Origin: Raja brachyura
Taxonomy: Eukaryota
DNA length: 64,000 nt
Assembly: GCA_963514005.1 (NCBI GenBank)
Contig: OY740788.1
Span: forward strand, 88,536,001-88,600,000
Reading direction: 5' to 3'
Shown: positions 34,787-47,200 of the stretch, piece by piece
Position numbering within the stretch: the first letter of the stretch is position 1
Layout: each line of letters begins with the position of its first letter
The notes under the pieces: generated by a model
The model's database searches: none
Told to the model about the DNA's origin: nothing
The model's input: only the letters and a program-made list of their open reading frames with translations
Program-made: the position numbers and the translations under genes

Positions 34787-34929
34787 CCACTGATATAAGT
34801 GGTCAGATAAACTGACTACAAATTAATTAGTCATTTTCCTCTTAATATGCCTAATGTCACCCATTCGCTAGCTTATCCTCTATTTATGCTCATAAATTAC
34901 CTACAATACCGTGACCCTTAGTACAAAAG

Positions 34930-35295
34930 TGATTGGAAAAGAATTAGGTCATTCGGTCCATCAAGTCTACTCCGCCATTCAATCATGTCTATCTCTCCCT
35001 CCTAACCCCATAACCTCTGACACCTGTACTAATCAAGAATCTATCTATACTCTGCCATACAAATCTCCACAGACTTGGCCTTCACAGCCTTCTGTGGCAA
35101 AGAATTCAACAGATTCACCACCCTCTGTCTAAAGAAATTTCTCCCCATCTCCTTCCTAAAAGAATGTCCTTTAATACTGAGGCTATGAGCTCTTGTCCTA
35201 GACTCTCCCACTGGAAACATCCTCTCCACATCCACTCTATCCAAGCCCTTCATTATTCTGTATGTTTCATTGAGGTCCCCTCATTCTTCTAAACT
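34930..35295 (-). mobile_element. CR1 3' fragment
   Basis: MKGLDRVDVERMFP...FFRQRVVNLLNSLP. Confidence 0.8.
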
Positions 35296-35499
35296 CGGTG
35301 TGGTAAATTTACAGAAGCCATGCTCATCAAATGGCTTCTGAAAATCAAAATATATCTTCATCTTTCCACATTGTGCTTCATACATCTTAAAGAATGTAAA
35401 TATTTATTGTCAAGTACAGTTTCTATTCATTAAAACCATGTTTTAAAGTGTGCTTTAAAGTATTATAATAGTCTAAATTGTGCTGTTGCAATGTAAGAA

Positions 35500-38400
35500 A
35501 ATAGTAAGATTAAACAAGAACTTACCAGTTTGAAGTTTGATCTTGATTTTATGAGGAGTTACGATGAGCGATTACGTGAAGGCCGTCAATCCGAATGCGC
35601 GTCAATCTTCAAAGCAGTAGTGTGAAATCACAGATAAGAGGTTGACCTGAAGATAGCAAGATTTGCAAAATTAGAACTACCAGATGATCTGATAATATGA
35701 GGGCCGGGAGCGGTGGGCACGTAATCGCTCATCGTAACTCCTCATAAAATCAAGATCAAACTTCAAACTGGTAAGTTCTCGTTTAATCTTACTATTTTAC
35801 TTCAGAGTCACACGAGTGACTACGTGAAGATTTCAAAGCTCCGTGATTTCACATCGGATACGAGTCCAGGCATCACACACCGAATGGATTGACCATGGAT
35901 GAGTGAAAAAGACTAATGCATTCAGACATAACATAGATAGGTAACAATACTGATGCTTTAATATGAAAAGAAAATAATAGTAACCCCTCCCATCCTGGGG
36001 GGAAACTATAGAACAGAATCTAAAATGGTACGTGCAAACACCCCCGGTCTGGCAATGAGTTTTTAATAAAACTTGTGGAACATCCATTAATTGGCCCACC
36101 CTGCAGCCGCTAGCATCTGTCGAGGGGGACATCCATTGCCCTTGCTGTCGACGTAGATGCAGCCCTGGTGGAGTGAGAATTGTAAGTGTCGGTATTCACT
36201 CCTGAACCCGCCAGTACCTCCTTTAACCATCTGGAAATGGTTTGTGCTGATACCCTGTGGTGTGGTTTCTTATAACTGATCAGGACAGCTAACTAAGAGC
36301 CTCTGAGGCTCCTAGTGACTTTTATGTATTGGTGTATATGTGACACTACACACAACCGTGGATCCTCGGGGTATACCAGTAACTCATGCTTGAGCCCTGG
36401 CACTCCTGGCCTGCTCTGTTTGATTAAATCATTTATGATAAAGGTAATGGTATTTACATTGGTGGTCATGTTGTCCAGTCGTATCTTGTGTAACGTCTCA
36501 ACTCGTTGCGCTGTTACCAGCATCATCAGCATGACCACCTTGAGGGATAGGGAGGAAGCTGGCTCCCACTGGCGAAGCAGTGTTAGCACCATGCTCACAT
36601 CCCAAATATCCGTGTACCGGGGCCTGGGTGGTATGGAATTAAAAATGCCCTTCATGAACCTCGTTATTAAGGGGTGTGTCCCTATCGATAGATGCCCCGT
36701 TCCCAGCACTAAATAAGAAGATAGTGCCCTTCTGGCACTATTGATGGCACTGTAACTTAATTTATGGTCATAGAATAATGTTGATTGGAACTCCAGGACA
36801 TCCATGATGCGTGCTGTATCGTATAATATGTTGGAGACATAACAGTACATCTCCCACTTCTTGATGTGAGAGACGTACTGCCTTTGTGTACTGTCCCTCC
36901 AGGCCACTGTTATCACATCCACTGTTCGTTCAGTCAGTCCGAGGTATGGTCAGACTGTCCGAGTCGCAGGTATGGTCTCCTCAGAATCTGCAAATCAATA
37001 AATTGATTCGGTCATGTAGTGGGTGGTTACAGGGTGAACCAGCAGGTCCATGCTTTTGGGGACAGCCATGAAAGGCTGTGTTATCATTCCCATGACTTGT
37101 GGGAACCAAGACTGTGTAGGCCTGTCAGGACTGTCAGGCACTACCAAAATGCCTGTGGCGTTGTCTTGCTTTATTTTTGCCAAGCATCAGCTGATGCGGC
37201 AAAATGGAGGAAAAGCGTACAAGAACATTCCTCCCCAATGTAGTGAAAATGCATCTACTGCCACTGCCCTTCGGTCTGCTTCCCATGACACATATTTGGG
37301 TAACTGGTGATTTAATCTGGATGCAAACAAGTCAATATCCGGCATGCCATACTGGGCGACAATGTCGTTAAACACTTCATGATTCAACATCCATTCTGTG
37401 TTGTCATTGAATTTCCGCGATCTTGTGTCCGCCACCATGTTGTATCCACTTGGTAGGTAGATAGCTGAGACCCAAATGTTCCTTGCAATACACCAGTGCC
37501 AAAGAAAGTTTGCCAATTTATCACAAGATACAGACTTAATGCCACCCATGCGATTGACATATGCCACCGCTGTAGTGTTGTCAATGTGAAGTTGAACATG
37601 CACATGTTGCATTTTGCTGCAATAAGCCTTAAGCCCATAGAGTGCTCCCAACAACTCTGAGTAGTCAATACCATGTTGCTGAAGAATTGAGGACTCCTGC
37701 ACATTCCATCTACCTCCACAGCTAGAGATGGTATCTGTTGCTCCCCAGCCTAGGGCGCTTGCATCGGTTTGTAAGATAACCGATGGTGTATCAATTAAAA
37801 TTTTCCTGGAGCTGTGACGTATATTTGTTACCCACCATTGTAATTCAGCAATGGCCTCTGCTGGCAATCGCATGGGTCGACCGAATTGGCCTGCATGAGA
37901 TTTGAGTGCCTGTTCCTTTGTACGTTGTAAATTTCGATAGTGCAAAGGTCCGAAGCACACAGCTGAAATAGCAGCTACAAGCTTGCCAATTACACTTGCT
38001 GCTAGTCTAATTGTAGGCTGCTGTTTGACAATTAGATTGTTGCAGGCTTCTATTAACTCTAATTGCTTGCCCCTTGGCAGAGTCACAGACATGTGAATTG
38101 AGTTAATTGGAAACCCCAGGTAATCAATTAACCTGGTAGGTGTCAATTTGGACTTAACTGGATGGATTAGAAACCCCAATCTCTCAAACATTAGTTTGGT
38201 GGCTGAAACAGATGATTCAGCTGATTCCTTGGTGTCCCCGACGATTAAAATGTCATCCAAATATGCCATGACCATGTGATTCTGAGCTCGTAGTAGCCCC
38301 AGAACTGGTTTTAGTAGTTTTGTAAATAGTCAGCCCATTAGGCAACGCTTTGAACTGCCACAATTGTCCCAGCCAGTTAAATTTAAAATATCTCCTGCTC

Positions 38401-40059
38401 TCCCTGTGAATAGATACTGAGTAGTATGCATCTTTAAGATCAATGCATGCCATATAACCTCCTTTAGAAACGGTTATTAGCGGTTTGGTAAATGTTGTGT
38501 GGGTGGCAATGAATCAAGAAGGAACTCAATTTCGAAACCTTGTATACATGCAGTATAAACGTGTCTGCTGTAATCCAACTCCATTCATTCAAGAAATGTT
38601 GCAATCTCCCCCCAACTTGTGAGTGAGTCGTGTGTAAGGTGTTCCACAAGGAACTAGATTCACCTACCTCAGACGTTACTGGCGGTACGGTGCTGGTTTT
38701 CGTCCTCGAGTCTTGGGAAGAGGAGCTGATGGTGGGTGCCGTTCGCTCATCCGTACCTTGGGCCGGAAGGGGCCTACCCCTAAGAAATACCTCGGTGCCT
38801 CCAGTTCGAGTCGTCCTCCGGTTCCGGAGCCCCTAGGCAGGTATCGCCTGGTGCTGAAGCGGGCATAGGGGTGTGCCCGGTATGATGAGCCCCTGGGTGG
38901 AGTGTGGACTCTGCTCATGAGGCAGATGGTCTTGGCCTCATCGTCCAGCTCCCGGACCTGCTTCGGCAGATCTGCCCCAAATATATAATTGGCCGGCTGG
39001 ACATTGCTGGCCTTGCACAGCACAGTAAATTTGGGGTTTAGTGCCGACCGTATTGCGTTTTTACGCAGGCAATTAATCTCAAAGTGGGCATTACACATTA
39101 ACGCCACTGCGTCCTGCTGTGTTTCCGTCAGATCTTGCAAAGGCCGTAATGCCAGAGGCCAATAATTTTTGGAGCTTGACTTCCTGGGCTCTGACACCCG
39201 CTCCAATATGACCCCAGGTGGAGTGGTTTATGGCCGGCACATTTAGGGAGGCACAGTTGGCAGGAGTATGGTACCTGTTTGTGGTCTCCTCTATAGCCAG
39301 ATCTTTGAGCTGGTGTGATGCCAAATAATTTATTGTGGTGGCCAGGTCTTCATCCAGGGGTGCTCCTGATGGAGAAGGTATGGCAAATTTGGATGCCAAT
39401 AATGGCACTTCAGCCCCATGCCCCCAGGAGTGCTCACCTGCTGTGCCTCCATACTCTGAGTCAGGGATATACTGACTCCGTGTACTCCCCTCTCCAGAGA
39501 GGGAGATATTTTGCAGCCCTGTAAACGGTGCTGCTGGTGCGGGCTCCTGTGGAGACCCGTGCTGATATTGCTCCCTCCTCTGGGGCATATCGTTCTGGAG
39601 CCACCTCTCCATAAGATGCTCCATCTGGGAAAGTCGTCCATAGATACTTCCCAATGAAGGAGGGGATCCCTCCGGGCCCGACTCATCTGAGTCTACGGGT
39701 CTCGCAGACTTGTGTGGCCTTGTGCACCAGCGGGACTGCCACAGTGCTTTCCTCAGGCACCAAGTCTGCTGTTGCTGGCTCCACTGCCAGCAATATGGAA
39801 GGCGACACAGACAGTCGCCCGCTACCCGCACCTCCGCGGTCTTCCGTAGCCGGCTTCACCGCAGATGGTCTCTTCATCTTCGACATGGTAATGGTTCTAA
39901 CTTGCTGGAACACAAGAATTTAAGAACCCGTTAATACAACCTGAGCATAGTTTTAAAACACTTACCTGAAGTGAGTCATTGGCGCATGCTTCAGACGTAA
40001 TGACGTGCATGCGGACTGAGTGCCTTCACGTACTGACTGCCTTCGCGACTCCGAAGTAA
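35500..40059 (-). mobile_element. Near-complete DIRS1-like retrotransposon (gag, RT, RNase H, methyltransferase, YR), frameshifted
   Basis: Left end at 40059 (minus strand TTACTTCGGAGTC). gag ORFs at 38676-39913. IDLKDAYYSV, AYLDDILIV, QTDAS..GWG, HIDNTTAVAY, DIDLFASRLN and YAFPPF. YR ORF at 36293-36922. ICR and right terminus with 79-bp inverted repeats at 35500-35830. Confidence 0.93.
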
Positions 40060-40549
40060 GATGTATATTATTTTCCAAACTTTATGAAATGTTACTGATT
40101 GAATGAAGGTGATCCCCTTGTTGTGAGAGGTTGGACACATCATGAATTCCCGTACTGTCATCCACGCATGCATCAAGAAAGCAGAGTTGAAAAACAAGGT
40201 GAATTTTGTGTTAATTAGTTACTACTACAATAAGTCAATCAGGACAAATTTTAATCACTATTTCAAACTTTGGGTTGTAATTTGTGAAGGTGAATTTCCA
40301 TTAACAGGGCTCTGTAACGCAGGAGTCACCTGCACCAAGTTAAAATTGACAGCATATACAGGGAGGTTTGAAAACATGGAACATATGCCCAGGTGGGCAG
40401 ATGTCATATGTGGTGTTCTCTCTTTAGTTATTCTATATTCAATCGACATAGAAACGTTTAAACGTGAAGGCATTATTGTTTGTGAGTCTTGGACTATCTT
40501 CAAATTGATACAGGTTGAAGACCGATTTTCTGGTAATTGATGGTTTCCC

Positions 40550-43500
40550 CAAAGCTCTGTGGTTTCATGCAGTAAACCAATCTGTGTGTGAAACACTTAA
40601 ACAGAGAAACCATAAATGGTAGAAAAGACATGGGTTATGAACAACATGATGCTAACTTGCATACATGGCCATTGCCCTTAATTGGATCACAGTCCCAATT
40701 GGCTTTGAGTTAGACAATAACTCATGCAACACTGTTCAGAAATCTATCTGCAATCATCCAGGCATATTCAACCAAGTTTTAAAACTTCTGAAAGTACACT
40801 ATGTAAGCCTCCTGCTGTTGCAAGAAGATGATCCATTCTATTGGCTGCCAATGAGCCAGACCCTTGGAAGAATGCGACTTGAAATTATTTGAATTCACAC
40901 CCGCTATTAGCTGCTTACACTCTATTCATGTTGAGATGGTCTGCACCAGCAATCTCTTGAGAAAACTATTAAATAACAATGAACTATCCTTCATCTCACA
41001 GGTACTAGCAAGCTCAGTGTACCTGTATACATAATAACACCCCTAATCTCCGACCTGGTGGGTATGCTGTCAACTCCAAATTGTACCCAAACATGCCCGC
41101 TTTGCTTTATGAGATCATTCCCATAACAAGCTACCCTCATATCAGTTATGACCCAGAGACCGAGCCGGAGATTGAGTAAAGACTGTTTTCTTTGTGCTGA
41201 AATCAGTTGCTAAAAGCATAATCAACTTAAAAGATACTGCTCCCATTAGAAATACTGTAGATGAATATCTGCGTAATAATTTACTGATACGCATTCCACA
41301 CTACTGTGAGTCTAGGCTTTAGAGTGTTCATATAAATGACACCTTGCATAACGTTAGTCAACAGTGCGTGAATAACCAATCATTAAGGGAGGAGAGGGGG
41401 CGCTGTCCTGTATTATTTTTAGTACGTTAATAATTGGAACATTGGGCCTCCGTGAAGGCGACGGCGGAGGCCTCATTAGGCCCGACTATGGGGACTGGAC
41501 TTTGTGCCTTCCCCCACAGTGGGAACCATTGTGGGGGGATGGGTTTTTTATGTTAAACTTCTTCTCTAATGCTATTTTGTATTTTTATTAATGTCCTGCA
41601 AGGACATCTGAATTTCCCCTGAAAAGGGGATTAATAAAGTATTTATCTATCTATCTATCTACTTATTGTCCCACTTATGGTACTAGAGAGAATGACAAAG
41701 CAGCACGAGCAGTGTCAAGTGTGCTATAACATAATCGCTTCTCTAAGCCCAAACTGAAAGAAACACAAACCTCTGCTACTTCTGTTTAAAAGTAGCTCAC
41801 GTGTCTTCTTCACAAACTTCCCATACAACCGTGCAGAGCTAGCTGCAGAGAAATAGGCTGAACATGTCATCACTCGTTACTTCGAGAACATAGGAGCTTC
41901 TTTCAGCCGCCTTTTACAATGGACACCATGAATAAGTAGGCCAAATTATCACTATTAAAATTCATGTCACCACATCTTTAATATCGTAAGAGGCATCTAC
42001 TGATAAAACCCCTGAGTTTTATCAGCTACAAAAGCATGTCGTCTATAAACTCCATGACTCAATGCCCTTTTGATCCGAGTAGGGCAGCATAGCTTTAAAA
42101 TCTTTGTAAATAGCCTAGGCCTGAAGACAACCCCTAGTAGAGCTTAAACTTTCCACCACTGGCTTTGTCATCAAAAACACCAGATACATCTGTGCCGCTC
42201 GTGTATAGATATGGAAAAATATGCATCTTCAAGATCGATTGAGGCCCTAAATCCTATGAATCAGCTAAATTGCTGAAAGACATTTATCCATCTTAAACTG
42301 GTTGACCAAACACATGATCAGACTGGACAAATACTAACCTGAGTTGGCATGCTACATTTTTTTTCCCCTGAGAATTCTCAAAACTTTCTGGGGTTAAAGC
42401 CTTTCGACTTTGATTTTGCCTCAACTGATGGCATTAACCTACAAACCTCCAGTGTCTGACAGAATCAGAACATACGCCAGATCCTTATGCGACTAGAATT
42501 GAAGCATAGCATCCACTTGGTGTGGGAATACGAGTTCCCTGTCAACTCCTCACAGGCAGAATCACCCTCAGATTGGACAATATCATAATGCAACCCTGAA
42601 CCAGGAGTTGCTGCCGCAGTCCTCTGCCTGGAACAACCTATCTCAGTCGCCAGTGTGCACAACGCATTCTCTTCACCAAGGTGAGCGCGATGGCCCTGGG
42701 CCTAAAAAATGGCTAGGTATGAATTGAGTAGGCCTGGTGTTCCAACCAGCCTCAGAGTAACGATTCCTGCCGTTAGTTATATGTAGAGGTGGTATGACCG
42801 CCAGAATACTGAAGCCCTACCCACATAGGATGGTTCTACCACCCCCGCAGCCACCCAAAATTCTTCCTGCAAGTTTTAAATTGCTAACATAAGTCCTCTC
42901 CAAAGAGATACTTTGCAGGCTGCATGTTACTGGCCCTGTATAAATGAGCAAAACATTTTTTTTTTTTAGGAATTACCTCAGGCCTTATAGCATTTTGCGA
43001 AGGCAATTTAGCTCCAACTGCGTATTACATAGAAGTGCTGATGCCTCTTTTGCACTACCGAAAGCTGAACCCATCAACTGCCCTTGCAAAGACCAAAATT
43101 ACATTATTGACCAGTCTTTTGGATACGCTGACATTTTTATTCTCTGCCCACGTATCACCACTGAGATATCCCAAATGGTGAGATTGACATTTGGAACATC
43201 CAGTCACACTGTTCATCTGGACTGGCATATTTCCCAGCCGTATCCAGCATACACCCCTCCTTAGCTGATAAGAAATTAAATCACTGATGCTCTTAGCCAC
43301 ATCTTCTCCAGTGGATCTCCTATCCCCGAAGGGATGGCAAATTATGTGACAAGAGACGGAACTCCTTCATATGATTAAACTGCCGCATATCCCCCATAAG
43401 TTCAGGGGGTTCGAATTCCTTGTCGAAATCCCCATAGTCGGAGTTACTTATGTAATAACCTCCAGTACTCCCCTCTACTGAGCGGAAGCTAAAAAAACGC

Positions 43501-43560
43501 AACCCTGAACCAGGTGTTACTTCCCATCTTCTGAAAAATAGATATTGAAATGCAAACCTG
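40550..43560 (-). mobile_element. Old, highly degraded DIRS element
   Basis: Hand translation of the minus strand gives ASALLCNTQLELNCLRK..AIRP and QPAKYLFGEDL (gag), IDLEDAYFSISIHERHR (RT), FKSHSS..MDHLLATAG (YR), and GCATGAAACCACAGAGCTT (3' region). All are collinear with the younger copies. Confidence 0.75.
41440..41660 (+). mobile_element. Short retroposon with a LINE-like tail
   Basis: Ends GAATTTCCCC...GGGGATTAATAAAGT followed by (ATCT)n. Interrupts the old DIRS. Confidence 0.5.
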
Positions 43561-43561
43561 A

Positions 43562-43750
43562 GCCTTTCGAGTTTCTTCATGACTACAGAGGTCAGTGCTA
43601 CAGGCCTGTAGTCATTAAGACAAGCACTCCTTATCTTTTTAGGTACAGGGACAATAGTGGAGACTTTAGAGCAGGCAGGGACAATACATGTTTGCAGGGA
43701 CTTGTTAAAAATGTCTTATGTACTGGTGCCAGCTGTTTGGCACAGAGCTT
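43562..43750 (-). mobile_element. Rex1/Babar-like LINE RT fragment
   Basis: Minus strand [25 protein letters not shown]....[20 protein letters not shown]. Confidence 0.75.
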
Positions 43751-43769
43751 AAGAGTAGAGGGGGAAAGA

Positions 43770-43925
43770 TTCAAGTGCAGTTTCATGCCATTTCAAGCAG
43801 GGTGCAAGGCCAACAAATTCAAGTGCAGTTTCATGCCAAACAGGGTGCAAGGCCAACACATTCAAGTGCAATTTCATACAATTTCAAGCAGTGTGCAAGG
43901 CCACCAAACGCAAGTGCAGTTTTCA
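43770..43925. repeat. Short tandem repeat, about 45-nt unit, about 3.3 copies
   Basis: TTCAAGTGCAGTTTCATGCC...CAGGGTGCAAGGCCAACA repeated. Confidence 0.8.
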
Positions 43926-44063
43926 AAATACATCACTTCACCATTCCATCTACCATTCCTTTGCCCACTTTCCCAATTGACTTGGATCCTGTTGTATTGT
44001 GAGATAACATTCTTCAATATTCATTCTACCACCAATTATGGTGTCACCTTCAAATATATTAAT

Positions 44064-44240
44064 CATTTAAGAGGGAGTTAGATGTGACCCTTGTGGCTAA
44101 AGGGATCAGGGGGTATGGAGAGAAGGCAGGTACAGGATACTGAGTTGAATGATCAGCCATGATCATATTGAATGGCGGTGCAGGCTCGAAGGGCTGAATG
44201 GCCTACTCCTGCACCTATTTTCTATGTTTCTATGTTTCTA
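44064..44240 (+). mobile_element. CR1 3' end
   Basis: Near-identical to 30558-30730, with a (CTATGTTT)n tail. Confidence 0.85.
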
Positions 44241-44255
44241 TACCAAATCCATTCT

Positions 44256-47200
44256 TTTTTTTTTATAAAAATTTTTTTTTATTATTTTAAATTATTTTTA
44301 ATAAAGAAGGAAATTAATAGAAAGAAATAAAAGAAATTAAAATAATAATAAAAATAGAAAATCAATAATATGAGTGGAGTTTTAAACATTCTACTCTACA
44401 TTGGAGATATATCAGTGATCTATTATATATAATTCTTCATCCATTCCCCGTCCAGGTTTCAGTCAGGCCCTCGAACCGAGCCCATTTGTCCCTTTAGATA
44501 ATCAATAAATGGAGACCATGTTCCTCTAAACTGATCTAGCCTGTCCGAAAGGACAAGTCTTAATCTTTCCAAATGAAGTGTCTCCGACATTTCTGTAATC
44601 CACATTTTAATAGTGGGGTTGGTAGGACCTTTCCAAAATTTTAGTATTAATTTTTTACCAATTATTAAACTATAATCGATAAAAGTTTGTTGTTTTGGTG
44701 TTAGTGATTGATCAGTTTCTAATATACCTAATATAATTAATTTGGAATCTGGATATAGATTTGTATTAACTACCTTCGAAATTATCTTAAAAATTTCTGA
44801 CCAAAAATTAGTAATTTTAATACATTTGGTAAATGAATGCGTTAGGTTGGCTTCTAGGTGTTGACATTTGTCACATATAGCAGAAACATTTGGAAATATT
44901 CTATTCAGTTTGGACTTTGAGAGATGTAATCTATGTAAAATTTTAAATTGTATCAGAGAGTGTCTGGCATTTAATGAGCAGTACTGTATATGTTGTAAAC
45001 TTTCCTCCCATACTTCTAAACTAATTGATTGTCCTAATTCACTTTCCCATGCTTGCCTATATATTTCCGACGGTGGTGCATCATTTTCCAATAAAATATT
45101 ATAAATATATGATATTAATTTTTCTGTGTTCGGATGTTTATTTAAACATTCATCTAGAATTTCTGTCTTTCTATTTCTAAATTCTTGTGTATTTGATTTA
45201 ACATAATCTCTAATTTGTAAATATCTAAAATATTCTTTTGAGTGTAGTCCATATTTTTGTTGTAATTCTTGAAATGAAAGAAAAAGGTTTTCCCTATTGA
45301 GATCCCGTATCTTATTAATTCCATAATTTTTCCACTGTGAAAAACCTTTATCTATCCTAGAGGGTTTAAAAGTGATATTGTTTGCAATATGAAGATCCAG
45401 TGGTATACATTCCAATTTTAAAGATTTTTTTAATTGTTTCCAAATACGTATCCCATTTTCTATTATTGGGTTTCCTCTATAAGTTTTTTAATGTAATTTG
45501 GTATTAGCAAATATAATCGAGCTAATTTCAAAAGGTAGGCAGTCTTCCTTTTCCAATTTTAACCAATTCGGCTGTATATCTAATTCTTCCAACCAAAAAT
45601 TCATATTTTTAATATAAACTGCCCAATAGTAAAACATAAAATTAGGCAACACTAAACCTCCACTTATTTTTGTTTTACATAGATGTTTCTTATTTATTCT
45701 ATGACTCTTATAATCCCAAATAAAATTTGTAATTATAGAATCCACCTTCTTAAAAAAATTTTTGGGAAGATATATCGGGATCATTTGAAATAAATACAAT
45801 AATTGCGGGAGAAAGATCATTTTTATCGCATTTATTTTACCTAACATTGAGATAGGTAATGTTTTCCAATATAGAATATTCTTAAGTAATTTATTCAATA
45901 AAGGTGGGAAATTAGATTTAAATAAAGAGTCATGTCTTTTTGTTACATAAATTCCAAGATATTTAATTTTTTCATTTGCTATCGTAAAAGGGAATCGTTG
46001 TAATATGTGTGAGTTATTCCCCATTATTGACATAAGTTCACTTTTATTCCAATTAATTCTATATCCTGAGAGTAGACCAAATTGAGTTATTAAATCTAAC
46101 GGGGTAGGTATACTAATTTCAGGCTTTGTAATATAGAGTAATACATCATCAGCATATAAAGAAATTTTATTTTCCGTTTCCTTGGTTTCATACCCATATA
46201 TTTCAGGGTGTAGTCTCACACGCTGTGCTAATGGTTCTATTGCTAACGCAAAGAGTAGTGGTGATAGCGGACAACCTTGTCTACAGCCTCTGAATAAGTT
46301 AAATTTACTTGATAACATTTGATTTGTTTGTATTCTAGCTGTCTGATTGGTGTATAATAATTTGACCCACGTTATAAACTTTTCTCCTAGCTGGAAGGAT
46401 TCCAAAACCGAGAATAAATAAGACCATTCAACCTGATCGAAAGCTTTCTCTGCATCTCATGAGATAATTGCTAGGTCTTTACTGGTATTTCTTTTCGAGT
46501 GTATAATGTTAAATAATCGTCTCAGGTTATATGAAGAGTATCGCTTTGGTATAAATCCAGTCTGGTCTGGGTGTATTATTTTGTTGATCACCAGGTTTAA
46601 TCTTCGTGCTAATATTTTAGTTAATATTTTTTGATCAGTGTTTAAAAGAGCTATGGCTCTGTACGATCCTGGGTCCTCCAAATCTTTATCTATTTTAGGT
46701 ATTAAAGTAATAATAGATTCATTTAATGTTCCAGGCAATTTCTGTTGTGCATAAATGTGTTCATAAAGTGTCTTTAACCGTGGTATCATTAAATCATCAA
46801 ATATTTTATAAAATTCCGAACCAATTCCATCCGGTCCTGGTGCTTTACCATTTTTTAATGACCTAATAGATTCTTCGATTTCTTTAATTGTTATATCAGC
46901 GTTTAATGATTCTCTGTCTTCCATATCTAATTCCTTTAAATTACAATTTTTTAGAAATGTTTCTATTCCTATATGATTTTCTATCATTTTGACTGAATAT
47001 AAATTTTTATAATATTGCAGAAATCTCTCGTTAATGTCTTTGGTTTGTGTTAATAATTCCCCTGTATCTGATTTAACCCTATGGATTATTTTTTCTCCCT
47101 CCAATTTTCTTAATTGACGAGCCAATAGTTTTTGTGGTTTATCTCCAAATTCAAATTGTATTTGTTTTGTATATTGATAAAGTTTTACAACTTGGTCTGA

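Noticed and set aside
40100-43580. Possible endogenous virus or unknown gene (short unexplained ORFs)
   Set aside because: Hand translation shows collinear gag, RT and YR remnants of an old DIRS, plus a Rex1-like fragment.
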